This document shows, piece after piece, positions 47,602 to 56,681 of a stretch of 64,000 nucleotides of DNA (position 1 is its first letter; each line of letters starts with the position of its first letter). A program made the translations under genes and the position numbers. Source of the stretch: Candidatus Poribacteria bacterium (GTDB lineage: Bacteria > Poribacteria > WGA-4E > PCPOR2b); assembly GCA_965116925.1 (NCBI GenBank), contig OZ220744.1, forward strand, positions 4,448,001 through 4,512,000, written 5' to 3'. The notes under the pieces were generated by a model. That model did no database searches. It was not told the origin of the DNA and saw only the letters and a list, made by a program, of their open reading frames with translations.

Positions 47602-50451
47602 TCACTCATTTCGGTTCTCGCTCAACCCAGAGGTGTGCTCATGGATGCGTTGACGTTCGATATTCGCGTATGGGTCAGCACGACGGGTGATGCCGGTGAT
47701 GGCGTCGACGGATTCATCCGCCTTGAACCGCAAATACAGTTTCTGCGCTTTCGCTGCCATCACCTCATTTTTGAGCGCACGGTAGCAGAGCATCATGTTG
47801 TAGTGGGCATCCAGATCCTCTGGATCGACCGCCAATGTCTTCTGAAATTCAGCGAGTGCTGCTTCGTACTTTCGCTGAAGGTAGAGCAGCCTGCCAATCT
47901 CATTGAGAATCCGTCGATCTCGTGGAAATTGGAGGGCGGCTGTCCGTAGATGTTCGAGCGCATCGTCATATTTTCCGTACGCTTTTTGGACTAGCGCGTA
48001 GAGGTAATGCACCTTCGCTCGGTGGGGATTGTCAGGGGGAAGCCGTTTCTGGAGTGCCATTGCTTTTTCAAGCATTTGTTCCGCCCCTCTCATATCGCCC
48101 TCTTGAATGCGACACCGTGCGACGTTGACCCAGCCGTCCATATAGTCTGGCTCAATTTCCGTGACTCTTTGGAACACCGCTTCCGCACCCTTGAGATCGC
48201 CCTGAAGAAATAGCCCGATACCGTAGTCGTTCCAACGCTCACGGTGGTTCGATTGCGGACTTTCTCTTGATTGACCAATTATAGGATCGTTTGAGTTTTC
48301 TTGATCCATTACCCGTAAGGTTGCCGTATCCTCTGCCATGGGGACGATTGGCAGATTGGGAATCGCCTTGACTTTCCCGGCGACATCCGATGTATTCCCT
48401 GTGAAGATCCAACGTCCATCGTCATAGCCTTTATCCACCTGAAAATCGGTGTCCTCCGGGTCTCGTACGCCCGCATAAGCCCACTGTGTATGCCACCAGT
48501 TGAATTTGCGGTAATTCAGTTTTGCGTGCAGCTGAATCTCGTCCCCGCAATCCGGTGGGATGGAGAGTCGATAGTGAACGGTATCCGCAGCACCGGGGGG
48601 AATGGTGTTCGCATAGAGGACAGTCCGCGCCGCCCAAGCGTTGCGTTTGTTGATAAGGTTTCCGTGTTCATCTAACATATACGCCCGATAGAAATGCGCC
48701 CCCGGATCAACGGGTCCATTTCCATCTTCCGCTTCAATTTGCCCGCTCCAGAAGATGACCTTTCCGTTTTCGTCCGTCGCCTTCAGTTCCAACCAGAGAT
48801 CGAAGGCATCAATTGTGCCGGCGGGGAATCGGTGCCCCACATTCCTTGTCCGAACAACAACATCAACCCGAACCTCCTCACCGCGCTGAACTGTTGGGTT
48901 GGAATCGTTGATGGGGGCGACAATCTTTGTTATGTCGGTTACTGTGCCGATAGCGTGCCCCTGACTTCCGCCCTCCATCATACTAAATGCGCGGAGTTGA
49001 GGGTTGGGGCGGGAGGTACTAACACCTCCATGAAATTGGGGTTGAATCGGTGTTGCAGGACTGAGCGCGAAGATATCGACGCTCACCTGATTATTCTGGA
49101 GGAAGTCGATTGTTGCCTTGAGTTGTTCGTCGTGCTTGTTCACGAAAGGGAGTGCCGTATTCGCTGCGGGAAAGCGGTGGCTGTGAACCTTTCCGTCGAT
49201 ATTCGCTGCGTCTTTCGAGGGAACTAACGGCATGTGGCAGTCAACACACTTCTTCGGTTCTTCGGGGTAGTAGAAGGACAACGCCCCCTGATGGGAGACA
49301 CCGCTCATCTGCCACTGATCGTAGTCGTCAAAGCCACGAAACCATCGGAAATTGTTGACCGGCACATCAAGATGTACCTTGTGGCAGGTGGAACAAAACT
49401 CTGCGGTGTTCTGACGGTGGAACGGCTTAAGGAAACTCTTTTTGTGGGGTTCGGGATCGAGGCGGATGAGGTAATTGTGAAGTTTGCGGATTGCGGTATT
49501 TTCGCTGGCTGCCATTTCATGAAGGGGTGGATATTTGATAACATATCCGCTGTTGCCCATTGTATCTTTGACCTTCTCCATCGAGTGGCACGCTGTGCAC
49601 GCGAGTCCGGCTTGGGCGGCGGGTGTGTGCAGATTCTCCCGAATCGGTCGATCCATCACGCCGTTGAGCAAGATTGCGGGGTCGTGACATCCACCGCACC
49701 ACTTGGATGGTTGGATCCCGTTGACAGCCTGCATATACATGACCGATTTGCGATACCACTGATTGTTGAAGGAGGCGAAGTGATGCGCCGATTCGTTCCA
49801 CTGTTTGTAGATGTCGGGGTGGCATCCACTCTCGGCACAGGTTTGGGAGGTCAGAAAGAAGTCGGTGGGGATCAGATCGCCGGTATAGGTCTCGACGGAG
49901 GCGGGGAAGAAGGGACCATCGGTGCCGCCGCCTTCCTCATACATGCTGGTTGGCGGAGAGAGTGGGTTTTTTACAAGGTAATCTGGGTTGGGTCGATAGT
50001 GTTGGATTAGCCTCGCCACGATGGGGAACAGCAGGCTGATGAGGAGAACGATCCCGGTGGCTTGCGCTGCTCTGCGTGAAAATTCGGTCTCCGTGCGTCT
50101 CCCCAAGATCAGTAGGTGTCCGACAAATAGGATTGTGCCGAGTGTTACGGTGATGATGTGGACGACGAGCAGCCAGCGATTAGGGGTAGTGGCACCGACA
50201 AACATCAGGTACACACCCGAAATCGCCCCGATTCCCAGAGAAACTACCCCGCCTTTACCGATAATCGACATCCCATCGAAACACTTGCACACGTAGACAA
50301 TGAACGGGACGATTAGTGCAACGCCGAGGACGATGTGGATTAGGACGTTCCCGATGTAAAATAGGGTCGGTTCGCCGAAGCTGATCAGGTACGCGCTGTT
50401 GATCAGCAGGATTAGGAAACCGAGAAGTAGGAGTTTTGTCGAGAGTCGCAT
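47602..50451 (-). CDS. Membrane-anchored multiheme c-type cytochrome with C-terminal TPR repeats
   Basis: About 5 N-terminal TM helices; CGGCH, CTACH, CSTCH, CVDCH plus atypical CAESGCH; TPR-like C-terminus. Confidence 0.85.
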   Translation of the reverse strand: MRLSTKLLLLGFLILLINSAYLISFGEPTLFYIGNVLIHIVLGVALIVPFIVYVCKCFDGMSIIGKGGVVSLGIGAISGVYLMFVGATTPNRWLLVVHIITVTLGTILFVGHLLILGRRTETEFSRRAAQATGIVLLISLLFPIVARLIQHYRPNPDYLVKNPLSPPTSMYEEGGGTDGPFFPASVETYTGDLIPTDFFLTSQTCAESGCHPDIYKQWNESAHHFASFNNQWYRKSVMYMQAVNGIQPSKWCGGCHDPAILLNGVMDRPIRENLHTPAAQAGLACTACHSMEKVKDTMGNSGYVIKYPPLHEMAASENTAIRKLHNYLIRLDPEPHKKSFLKPFHRQNTAEFCSTCHKVHLDVPVNNFRWFRGFDDYDQWQMSGVSHQGALSFYYPEEPKKCVDCHMPLVPSKDAANIDGKVHSHRFPAANTALPFVNKHDEQLKATIDFLQNNQVSVDIFALSPATPIQPQFHGGVSTSRPNPQLRAFSMMEGGSQGHAIGTVTDITKIVAPINDSNPTVQRGEEVRVDVVVRTRNVGHRFPAGTIDAFDLWLELKATDENGKVIFWSGQIEAEDGNGPVDPGAHFYRAYMLDEHGNLINKRNAWAARTVLYANTIPPGAADTVHYRLSIPPDCGDEIQLHAKLNYRKFNWWHTQWAYAGVRDPEDTDFQVDKGYDDGRWIFTGNTSDVAGKVKAIPNLPIVPMAEDTATLRVMDQENSNDPIIGQSRESPQSNHRERWNDYGIGLFLQGDLKGAEAVFQRVTEIEPDYMDGWVNVARCRIQEGDMRGAEQMLEKAMALQKRLPPDNPHRAKVHYLYALVQKAYGKYDDALEHLRTAALQFPRDRRILNEIGRLLYLQRKYEAALAEFQKTLAVDPEDLDAHYNMMLCYRALKNEVMAAKAQKLYLRFKADESVDAITGITRRADPYANIERQRIHEHTSGLSENRNE

Positions 50452-50484
50452 GGCTGGGGCTTTCTCTTGACTACAGTTTTGAGT

Positions 50485-50514
50485 TTGACAAGGGTTTGGA
50501 AGGGGTTGTATAAT
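50485..50514 (+). promoter_or_regulatory. Sigma70 promoter facing the cassette/TA island
   Basis: TTGACA-N18-TATAAT. Confidence 0.55.
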
Positions 50515-50611
50515 TCTATCAAGTTTTTCCAGTGGTTTCAACTGGAAAGTTTTCAATCAAGATTATGCAGAAAAAGATCTGCATAATTTGGAGTTAGGTT
50601 GAGGTGATATC

Positions 50612-51289
50612 ATGCGAACATTGCTGAAAAATTTACTAGGCATTAATAGAAGATCAAAATCTCGCGGATGGGCTGATGCGGAAACAGATATTCCTGAGGT
50701 TCTTGTGGCTATAGGAAGCATTCTTTTCATGGACTCTGATGTTTTGAAGAAAATGAAAATTAAGAAGTTCAAACTTTCAAGGGAAGGTGAGAACATGGTG
50801 CATTCTGCGCTAACAGGATTAGGAATATTTGTTGTATTACAATCCATTCCAAATGCAGTAGGCAGACTTGAATTGAACCCAGAAAAAACTCAGAACATCA
50901 TTGAACAAATTACGAAAGATCTACGAGGCGCATTCTTTCAACAGTTGCTTACCAATGGAATGCTTCCAGATGAATTACTGATGTATCAGAGCAGAATTAT
51001 ATCTCCACTTTTTGAGGATATAAATAACTTGCTCTATCATGTGAGTTTTGGAGGAAGCCTACAATCCCGCTATCCGTGGGGGATTCTTGGAATAGTCTTT
51101 GAGAGAGTATTAGGAGAGCAAACAGCCCGTGAGATTAAAGAAAACGATGTTTTTTTATTTATAGAAGCTCGGATGTATTTTGATGCCCTGTTTGTTGAGT
51201 CAATAAAATCATTCCAAACGGGAGATATGGCAAATCAGATTGATAACATACTGCGTTCACCAATGGGAAGTCAATATGGAATATCATGA
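50612..51289 (+). CDS. Hypothetical protein, integron gene-cassette ORF
   Basis: GAGGTG RBS; visibly AT-rich; preceded by GTTAGGT core site, followed by attC. Confidence 0.7.
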   Translation: MRTLLKNLLGINRRSKSRGWADAETDIPEVLVAIGSILFMDSDVLKKMKIKKFKLSREGENMVHSALTGLGIFVVLQSIPNAVGRLELNPEKTQNIIEQITKDLRGAFFQQLLTNGMLPDELLMYQSRIISPLFEDINNLLYHVSFGGSLQSRYPWGILGIVFERVLGEQTAREIKENDVFLFIEARMYFDALFVESIKSFQTGDMANQIDNILRSPMGSQYGIS

Positions 51290-51298
51290 GCAGATTAT

Positions 51299-51408
51299 GC
51301 CTAACCAACTGTTGCAGTTAGTGGTGGGCTTTGATTCGTCGGGAGTTTTTCGGTGCTCCCTACTTTCCTAGGCCCGTGTAGTGGACAGCTGAGCTCGTAT
51401 TGTTAAGC
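51299..51408 (+). mobile_element. Integron attC recombination site
   Basis: R'' GCCTAAC at 51299; inner CTGTTGCAG / CAGCTGAG boxes; R' GTTAAGC at 51402; 110 bp; starts 10 nt after a stop codon. Confidence 0.75.
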
Positions 51409-51428
51409 GTTGCGAGTGGGAAAAAGAC

Positions 51429-51713
51429 GTGGGACTGAAATTTGAATGGGATAATCGAAAAGCAGAAGAAAATCTGAAAAGGCATAGTGTTTCTTTTGAG
51501 GAAGCGAGTACGGTCTTTTCCGATTTCCTGTCTTTGACCATTCCTGATCCACTTCACTCAGAAGAAGAGGAGAGGTTAGTAATTATCGGATACTCTGAGA
51601 GACAAAGACTTTTAGTCATTGTTCATACAGAAAGAGGGGATGTCATTCGCATCATCTCTGCCCGACGGGCAACAACCTATGAAAGAATAACCTATGAAGA
51701 AAGCAACAACTAA
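51429..51713 (+). CDS. brnT: BrnT family toxin
   Basis: FEWDNRKAEENLKRHSVSFEEA...EER...IRIISARRAT. Confidence 0.93.
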   Translation: MGLKFEWDNRKAEENLKRHSVSFEEASTVFSDFLSLTIPDPLHSEEEERLVIIGYSERQRLLVIVHTERGDVIRIISARRATTYERITYEESNN

Positions 51714-51912
51714 TCCGCAAGATTCGGATTTACTTGATGAATACGATTTCAGTGAAGGGGTTCGGGGCAAATATGCCCAGAGATACCGGGAAGGCACAAA
51801 TATTATTAGGCTTGATGATGATGTTGCCAAAATATTCCCTGATGCTAAATCAGTGAATTCTGCCTTGAGAGCATTGGGAAAAATTATTGACCAGCATCAA
51901 CAAAAGGCATAG
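51694..51912 (+). CDS. Putative antitoxin partner of BrnT (BrnA-like)
   Basis: EYDFSEGVRGKY, LDDDVAKIFPDAKSVNSALRAL; overlaps brnT. Confidence 0.8.
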   Translation: MKKATTNPQDSDLLDEYDFSEGVRGKYAQRYREGTNIIRLDDDVAKIFPDAKSVNSALRALGKIIDQHQQKA

Positions 51913-51918
51913 CAAGTT

Positions 51919-52125
51919 ATGGACACAAAGCTTATACAATCCGATCCATCAATCATGATGGGTAATCCTTTCATCGCAGGTACACGCATCACAGTAGAAT
52001 TGATTCTGGAAAAACTCGCTGCAGGTGAAACTGTTGAGCAACTCCTTGAAGCACATCCACGCTTGACTAAGGAAGGAATTCAAGCAGCACTTCGCTTTAA
52101 CACGCAAGAATTATGGTCGAGGTAG
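51919..52125 (+). CDS. DUF433 domain antitoxin-like protein (no adjacent PIN toxin)
   Basis: DPSIMMGNPFIAGTRITVELILEKLAAGET. Confidence 0.88.
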   Translation: MDTKLIQSDPSIMMGNPFIAGTRITVELILEKLAAGETVEQLLEAHPRLTKEGIQAALRFNTQELWSR

Positions 52126-52159
52126 ATAGTGTAGTTAGAGGCAAGGAAAAGAAAAGATT

Positions 52160-52345
52160 ATGCAGAAAACTGAGACCAAGATGGACGACGAACTTCGTCC
52201 AGAGTACGATTTGAGAAGTTTACGGGTGAGAAAGGTTGACCCTAAGCGGAAGAGTTTCACTAGTAATTCATCGGACAACAGAACCTTTTCATTAGGCAAG
52301 GATGAAACGAAGAAACGTGAAAAAACCAATTTGAACCCTTGTTGA
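52160..52345 (+). pseudogene. Probable truncated antitoxin fragment
   Basis: DELRPEYDL N-terminus resembles DLLDEYDF of the 51694 antitoxin, then diverges. Confidence 0.45.
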
Positions 52346-52365
52346 CCGTCTGAGCGTTTCCTATA

Positions 52366-52602
52366 ATGGACTTTGAGATTATTGGGGAAATTACTCAAAT
52401 TGAAACTATTGCCCGTGGCAGTGGCATCCGTGACCGGGCGCGGTTGCGACGGCAATATGGTCAGGGTAGGTGGCGTAAGCTAAAGGGCATAGCAAATGTC
52501 CGTTTGATTGATGGTTCAGTACGTCTTGCCGAGATTCACTGGTATGAGGCACACGGACTTGGTAAGAGAGAATTCAAACTCAAACTCCCGTTTCTTGATT
52601 AA
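52366..52602 (+). CDS. Small basic hypothetical protein (putative toxin)
   Basis: 78 aa, Arg-rich; RWRKLKG, AEIHWYEAHGLGK; 2-nt gap to next gene. Confidence 0.75.
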   Translation: MDFEIIGEITQIETIARGSGIRDRARLRRQYGQGRWRKLKGIANVRLIDGSVRLAEIHWYEAHGLGKREFKLKLPFLD

Positions 52603-52604
52603 CG

Positions 52605-52847
52605 ATGAGAAAAAAAGAAAACGAATTTCCGCAATTTGGTCTATGTCTCAATAATGAAGGATACCCTGCTTCTCTTGAGGTGGGGAAATTGTATCGTGTG
52701 ATTCCTGATGATGACGCTGCAGCTCACGGCTACATTCGCGTTATAGATGAAAGCGGAGAAGACTATGCCTATGCAGCAAACCGTTTTCACCTGATGCAAC
52801 TGCCTACCGCTGTCGAAAAGGCGTTGTTGTCTGCTTCGCAAGCGTAG
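52605..52847 (+). CDS. Small acidic hypothetical protein (putative antitoxin)
   Basis: 80 aa; NNEGYPASLE, KLYRVIPD, IRVIDESGEDY. Confidence 0.75.
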   Translation: MRKKENEFPQFGLCLNNEGYPASLEVGKLYRVIPDDDAAAHGYIRVIDESGEDYAYAANRFHLMQLPTAVEKALLSASQA

Positions 52848-52907
52848 TTTTCTTCAGTAACGAATCTTGAACGGGCGGGAGCTGTTACAAGCCCCCGAAC
52901 CGATTAC

Positions 52908-53045
52908 TATGGTAGATTGTAGAGTTGCTTAGACACTGCCAATGCACGGTCAACCCCATAAATCCCCCTTATCAGGGGGACTTTGGAAACTTCGCTAGGG
53001 TCGGAGTTATTGGTGAATGTCTACTTATTTTTCTAGTTCACCATA
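52908..53045. mobile_element. MITE-like element type B, copy 2
   Basis: Same length (138 bp) and core as 47428-47565. Confidence 0.75.
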
Positions 53046-53066
53046 AATCACAAGGAGATAACCACT

Positions 53067-53939
53067 ATGCACTTGACAGAGGCTCAGATTTCCTCGTTCC
53101 ACGAGGACGGTTACCTACGATTGGAAAATGTACTGGATGCGAGCGACCTGCAGCCGGTCATTGACGAGTATTCCGAGATTATTGACGGACGTGCACAGAA
53201 GCTGTACGCGGAGGGCAAGTTAAGTTCACTGCATGAGGACGAACCGTTTACGCGGCGGTTGCTTCTGCTAGCGAAGGAGGTCCCAGAAGTCGCTGGTAAT
53301 TTAGACATCATGCAGGAACGCGGCGAGGCGACCTTCAACTTTCTGAAGAACCCGAAGATTTTAGACGTGGCGGAATCGCTCTGCGGTTCGGAGATTGTGT
53401 GCAACCCCATCCAGCACATTCGGGCGGTTCTGCCGCATCGTGCGACCGGTGGGTCTCCGACCCATTTCCATCAGGATATCGGCGTGTGTTGGCCCGACAC
53501 TGATCCCTACTTTATGCTGACTATCTGGGTGCCTGTCGTGGACGCGACGTTGGAGAACGGTTGTTTGGCGGTGCTGCCCGGCAGCCATAAGTATGGTCTC
53601 CGGCAACATGCGTATACGCCCGGATTGAACGTACCTGATGAAGAACGTCCACCCATCCAGTCTAAACCGCTGCCTGTCCCCGCAGGTGGACTGATCCTGT
53701 TCCACAACTATACGTTGCATCACGCACTCCCCAACGAGTCGGACGAGGTTCGTTGGAGTTTTGACCTGCGCTATCACGATGCCTATATGCCATCGGGCCG
53801 TCCGTTCTATCCGACGTTCCTCATGCGCAGCAAATTCCGTCCAGATGCGTTACAGACCGATTATGAGACGTGGTGTCAACGGTGGGAGTTTGCGTTGATG
53901 GCAGGGAAGGACGCTGTGCGCTACCGCTGGCAACGCTAG
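53067..53939 (+). CDS. Phytanoyl-CoA dioxygenase (PhyH) family Fe/2OG oxygenase
   Basis: HFHQD, ENGCL.VLPGSH, LHHALPN, R. Confidence 0.9.
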   Translation: MHLTEAQISSFHEDGYLRLENVLDASDLQPVIDEYSEIIDGRAQKLYAEGKLSSLHEDEPFTRRLLLLAKEVPEVAGNLDIMQERGEATFNFLKNPKILDVAESLCGSEIVCNPIQHIRAVLPHRATGGSPTHFHQDIGVCWPDTDPYFMLTIWVPVVDATLENGCLAVLPGSHKYGLRQHAYTPGLNVPDEERPPIQSKPLPVPAGGLILFHNYTLHHALPNESDEVRWSFDLRYHDAYMPSGRPFYPTFLMRSKFRPDALQTDYETWCQRWEFALMAGKDAVRYRWQR

Positions 53940-54007
53940 CTGTGGTGTCCAAGTTGCTAGAGGGTGTCGGTATTTATACGAGGTGTTTCGTAATTTAAGA
54001 CACGCTT

Positions 54008-54211
54008 GCCCAACGGGTTGGGAGACCCAACCCCTACGGATGCTGATACGTATCTAATCGTAGGAGTTTGTTTGCGTAGGGGCGAGGTTTCCTCGCCCAA
54101 CGGGTTGGGGACCCAACCCCTACGGATGCTGATACGTATCTAATCGTAGGAGTTTGTTTGCGTAGGGGCGAGGTTTCCTCGCCCAACGGGTTGGGAGACC
54201 CAACCCCTACG
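54008..54211. repeat. Tandem array of 86-87-bp units built from GTAG REP-like hairpins
   Basis: Units start at 54008, 54095, 54181; GTAGGGGCGAGGTTTCCTCGCCC...GGGTTGGGAGACCCAACCCCTAC. Confidence 0.9.
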
Positions 54212-54259
54212 CATTCAACGGACTCAAGACTGTTTTGCTTACGCATCACGCATTACGTA

Positions 54260-55114
54260 TTAGTCCTCATTTCCGAGCACACTCCGTTCAGGGACAAAAC
54301 CCAACTCTTCCTCGATTCGGTGGATCTCGTATACGGGATCTCTTTCGTGCCCGGGGCGTGTGTAGTGGGAGAGATCTATCCGATCGGCATCTGCGCCGTA
54401 CCATCCACGGATGATTTCGGGGACGGTATCCTCGACGCAGGCTTGGCTCCCTACTGCGTTCAGGATGCGAACGCCCGGTTTATGCGCGGCTTCGGCGGCA
54501 AGCGTCAAACAACGAACCGTGTCGCCGAGATACATGTATGAAATCGAACCTATCGCCCACTGTCCTACCGGTCCCACCTTTTTGGGTGTCAATTCACGAT
54601 CATCGGGGGCGATGCTCGCTAGGCGGATGTTAATGAAGTCCAGATCTTCATTTTGACGCGCCAGATAGCGCGAGACCTCTTCCATCAGATACTTTGAGAA
54701 GCCGTATCCTATCCGATCGAGACATGGGTGTTCGTCGGGCATCGGCAACTGCAACGGTCTGAACAGGGGAGACTGGAATCCGACCGCCGCGATTGAACTA
54801 GCGAGCACAAACTTCTTGCAGCCGCCATCTAGGAAGTATCGCACGAGTTGATATGATCCCATGACATTGACACGCAGTTGCTCTTCTTCGCTTCCGCCGC
54901 CCGTTACGGCCGCTAGGTGAACCACTACATCGATTTGGTTCGGATCCAACTTTTTTAGGTCGTCGGGTGCTGTAAAATCCCCTTGAATCGCCGTTACACC
55001 CTCTACCTCTGTCTTTTGCCTAGAGATACAGAAAACTTCGTGGTCTTTCGCCATTGATGCGGCGAGTGCTCGTCCGATAAATCCGCTGGTGCCGGTGATT
55101 AGTATTCCGCTCAT
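54260..55114 (-). CDS. NAD-dependent epimerase/dehydratase
   Basis: ITGTSGFIG, HLAA, ASS, YGFSK; AGGAGG RBS. Confidence 0.9.
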   Translation of the reverse strand: MSGILITGTSGFIGRALAASMAKDHEVFCISRQKTEVEGVTAIQGDFTAPDDLKKLDPNQIDVVVHLAAVTGGGSEEEQLRVNVMGSYQLVRYFLDGGCKKFVLASSIAAVGFQSPLFRPLQLPMPDEHPCLDRIGYGFSKYLMEEVSRYLARQNEDLDFINIRLASIAPDDRELTPKKVGPVGQWAIGSISYMYLGDTVRCLTLAAEAAHKPGVRILNAVGSQACVEDTVPEIIRGWYGADADRIDLSHYTRPGHERDPVYEIHRIEEELGFVPERSVLGNED

Positions 55115-55191
55115 TCTATGCCTCCTCCTTCTGAACTTATTCGTATAGCATAATCCAGAGGGTCTTTCTCGATTTATCATGCATCAACTCA

Positions 55192-55377
55192 ATACGACAC
55201 ACATGTCGCCCCGCTGGGGCTTTAGGGTTGGCTTTACCATGTCTGCTATACACATATCGCCCCTCTGGGGCTTAGGGACATTTGGGTTAGACATGTTCGC
55301 TACACACATTGCGCTCCTCTGGAGCGCGGAGGTTGGACATACCTGTATTCTATAGACATGTCGCTCCTCTGGAGCGA
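55192..55377. repeat. Four degenerate ~28-bp hairpin repeats with 22-26-bp spacers (REP-like cluster)
   Basis: Consensus near CTA.ACACAT.TCGC(C/T)CCTCTGG(G/A)GC. Confidence 0.75.
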
Positions 55378-55465
55378 AAGTAGAACACTTGACGGGCGGG
55401 GAAACCCCGCCCCTACGAGAAAATCGATGGATTTTCAATGCCTAGCAGCTTGAATTTCGATAACC

Positions 55466-55569
55466 GGACTTACGCAAATTTAGCACGCGGCGCGAGAACC
55501 CCCCAAAGTCCCCCTTGTCAGGGGGACTTTGGAAAATCAGAGGGACTTATGAACCAACTGCGTAAGACC
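55466..55569. mobile_element. MITE-like element type C
   Basis: Ends GGACTTACGCA ... TGCGTAAGACC; core CCCCCTTGTCAGGGGGACTTTGGAAA shared with type B. Confidence 0.55.
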
Positions 55570-55576
55570 TAAATAA

Positions 55577-56593
55577 TCAATCGTCCGACCATCGTATGAC
55601 CGCACCGACCACATCTTTGGCGTTATCTTTGTTGATAGCGTCGTAGAAGGCTGGTGAGTTCTCCGATTCGACGCGATGTGTAATCGTATGGTGCCACGGC
55701 AGGACGCCTGTCGCCATATTCTTGAGCACAGCGCGTCGACAGGGAGCAAAACCGTCGTCGCACGGATAGAACATCGTCAGCCGTTTGCCGTGGGGCGGTG
55801 CAAATTGATAGGAGAGCGGTTCCGTGCCGTAATGCCCCTGATACACAAACTTGCCGTGTCGCTTACACAGTTCAATTGCCGGATCCACACACGCAGGCAC
55901 ACCGGTGGATTCAAAAACAACGTCGGCACCTTCAGGTGCAATCTTTTGGAGCTCCTCCACTACGTTCTGGGTGGAACCGTTGATGAGGTAATCTGCGCCC
56001 AGTTTTTGGGCGACCTCCAGCCTGTTCTGCTCAAGGTCAATGGCAACGACGATGCAGCCCCGATGGCTACAAGCAGCCATGACTCCCAATCCGACCAATC
56101 CAGCACCGTAAACCGCAACAACATCCCCCATCCGAGGGTTTGCTGTATCAACGCCGTTCAAGCCGACTGCTGGCATTACAAAGAGGCTCGCAGCGTCGTC
56201 GGGAACACCTTCGGGCAGTAGTTCCAAGCCGTGCGTTGTCTGGGGATTGACGACAGCGGCAGAGCAGTGAACGCCAGATGCGGCTGAAACCTCCTGTCCG
56301 TCGGACAGATGAATCCCCTCCCGGTTATCGCGGTAGTAGATTTTATCGCCGACCTTGAAAGTATGAACCTGCTCGCCAACGTGCTCGATAACACCGACCC
56401 CTTGATAGCCGGTGCATATTGGATACTGCCCCCAAGTAGAAATCTTGTTACGGATCAGGGCGAACTCCGTTCCGATGCTAACCCCGCTATACAACGCCCG
56501 TATCAGAATATGTTCCGGTCCCGGATCCGACAGAGTTACGTCAGCGTAGCTAAAGTTCTGATTCTCGTCACTGACAAGTGCTTTGGCGTGCAT
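55577..56593 (-). CDS. Zinc-binding alcohol dehydrogenase (MDR) family
   Basis: SIGTE, GYQGVG, VYGAGLVG, GADVVFESTG. Confidence 0.87.
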   Translation of the reverse strand: MHAKALVSDENQNFSYADVTLSDPGPEHILIRALYSGVSIGTEFALIRNKISTWGQYPICTGYQGVGVIEHVGEQVHTFKVGDKIYYRDNREGIHLSDGQEVSAASGVHCSAAVVNPQTTHGLELLPEGVPDDAASLFVMPAVGLNGVDTANPRMGDVVAVYGAGLVGLGVMAACSHRGCIVVAIDLEQNRLEVAQKLGADYLINGSTQNVVEELQKIAPEGADVVFESTGVPACVDPAIELCKRHGKFVYQGHYGTEPLSYQFAPPHGKRLTMFYPCDDGFAPCRRAVLKNMATGVLPWHHTITHRVESENSPAFYDAINKDNAKDVVGAVIRWSDD

Positions 56594-56681
56594 TTTTTAA
56601 TACCTCATGTGAGTACCTCTATAATGGCTTCGGTGTTTTGTCGAGATATGAATCTCGACCTACAATTTCTGTTGATATAAC

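Noticed and set aside
49234..50010. 258-aa plus-strand ORF and the other antisense ORFs in the track (e.g. 38778-39509, 6415-7071)
   Set aside because: They overlap well-supported genes on the opposite strand or in another frame and show no recognisable motifs.
54008..54211. CRISPR array
   Set aside because: The sequences between hairpins are identical, so this is a tandem duplication.
55192..55377. CRISPR array
   Set aside because: Repeats are too divergent, spacers are short, and there are no cas genes in the window; it fits a REP-like cluster better.
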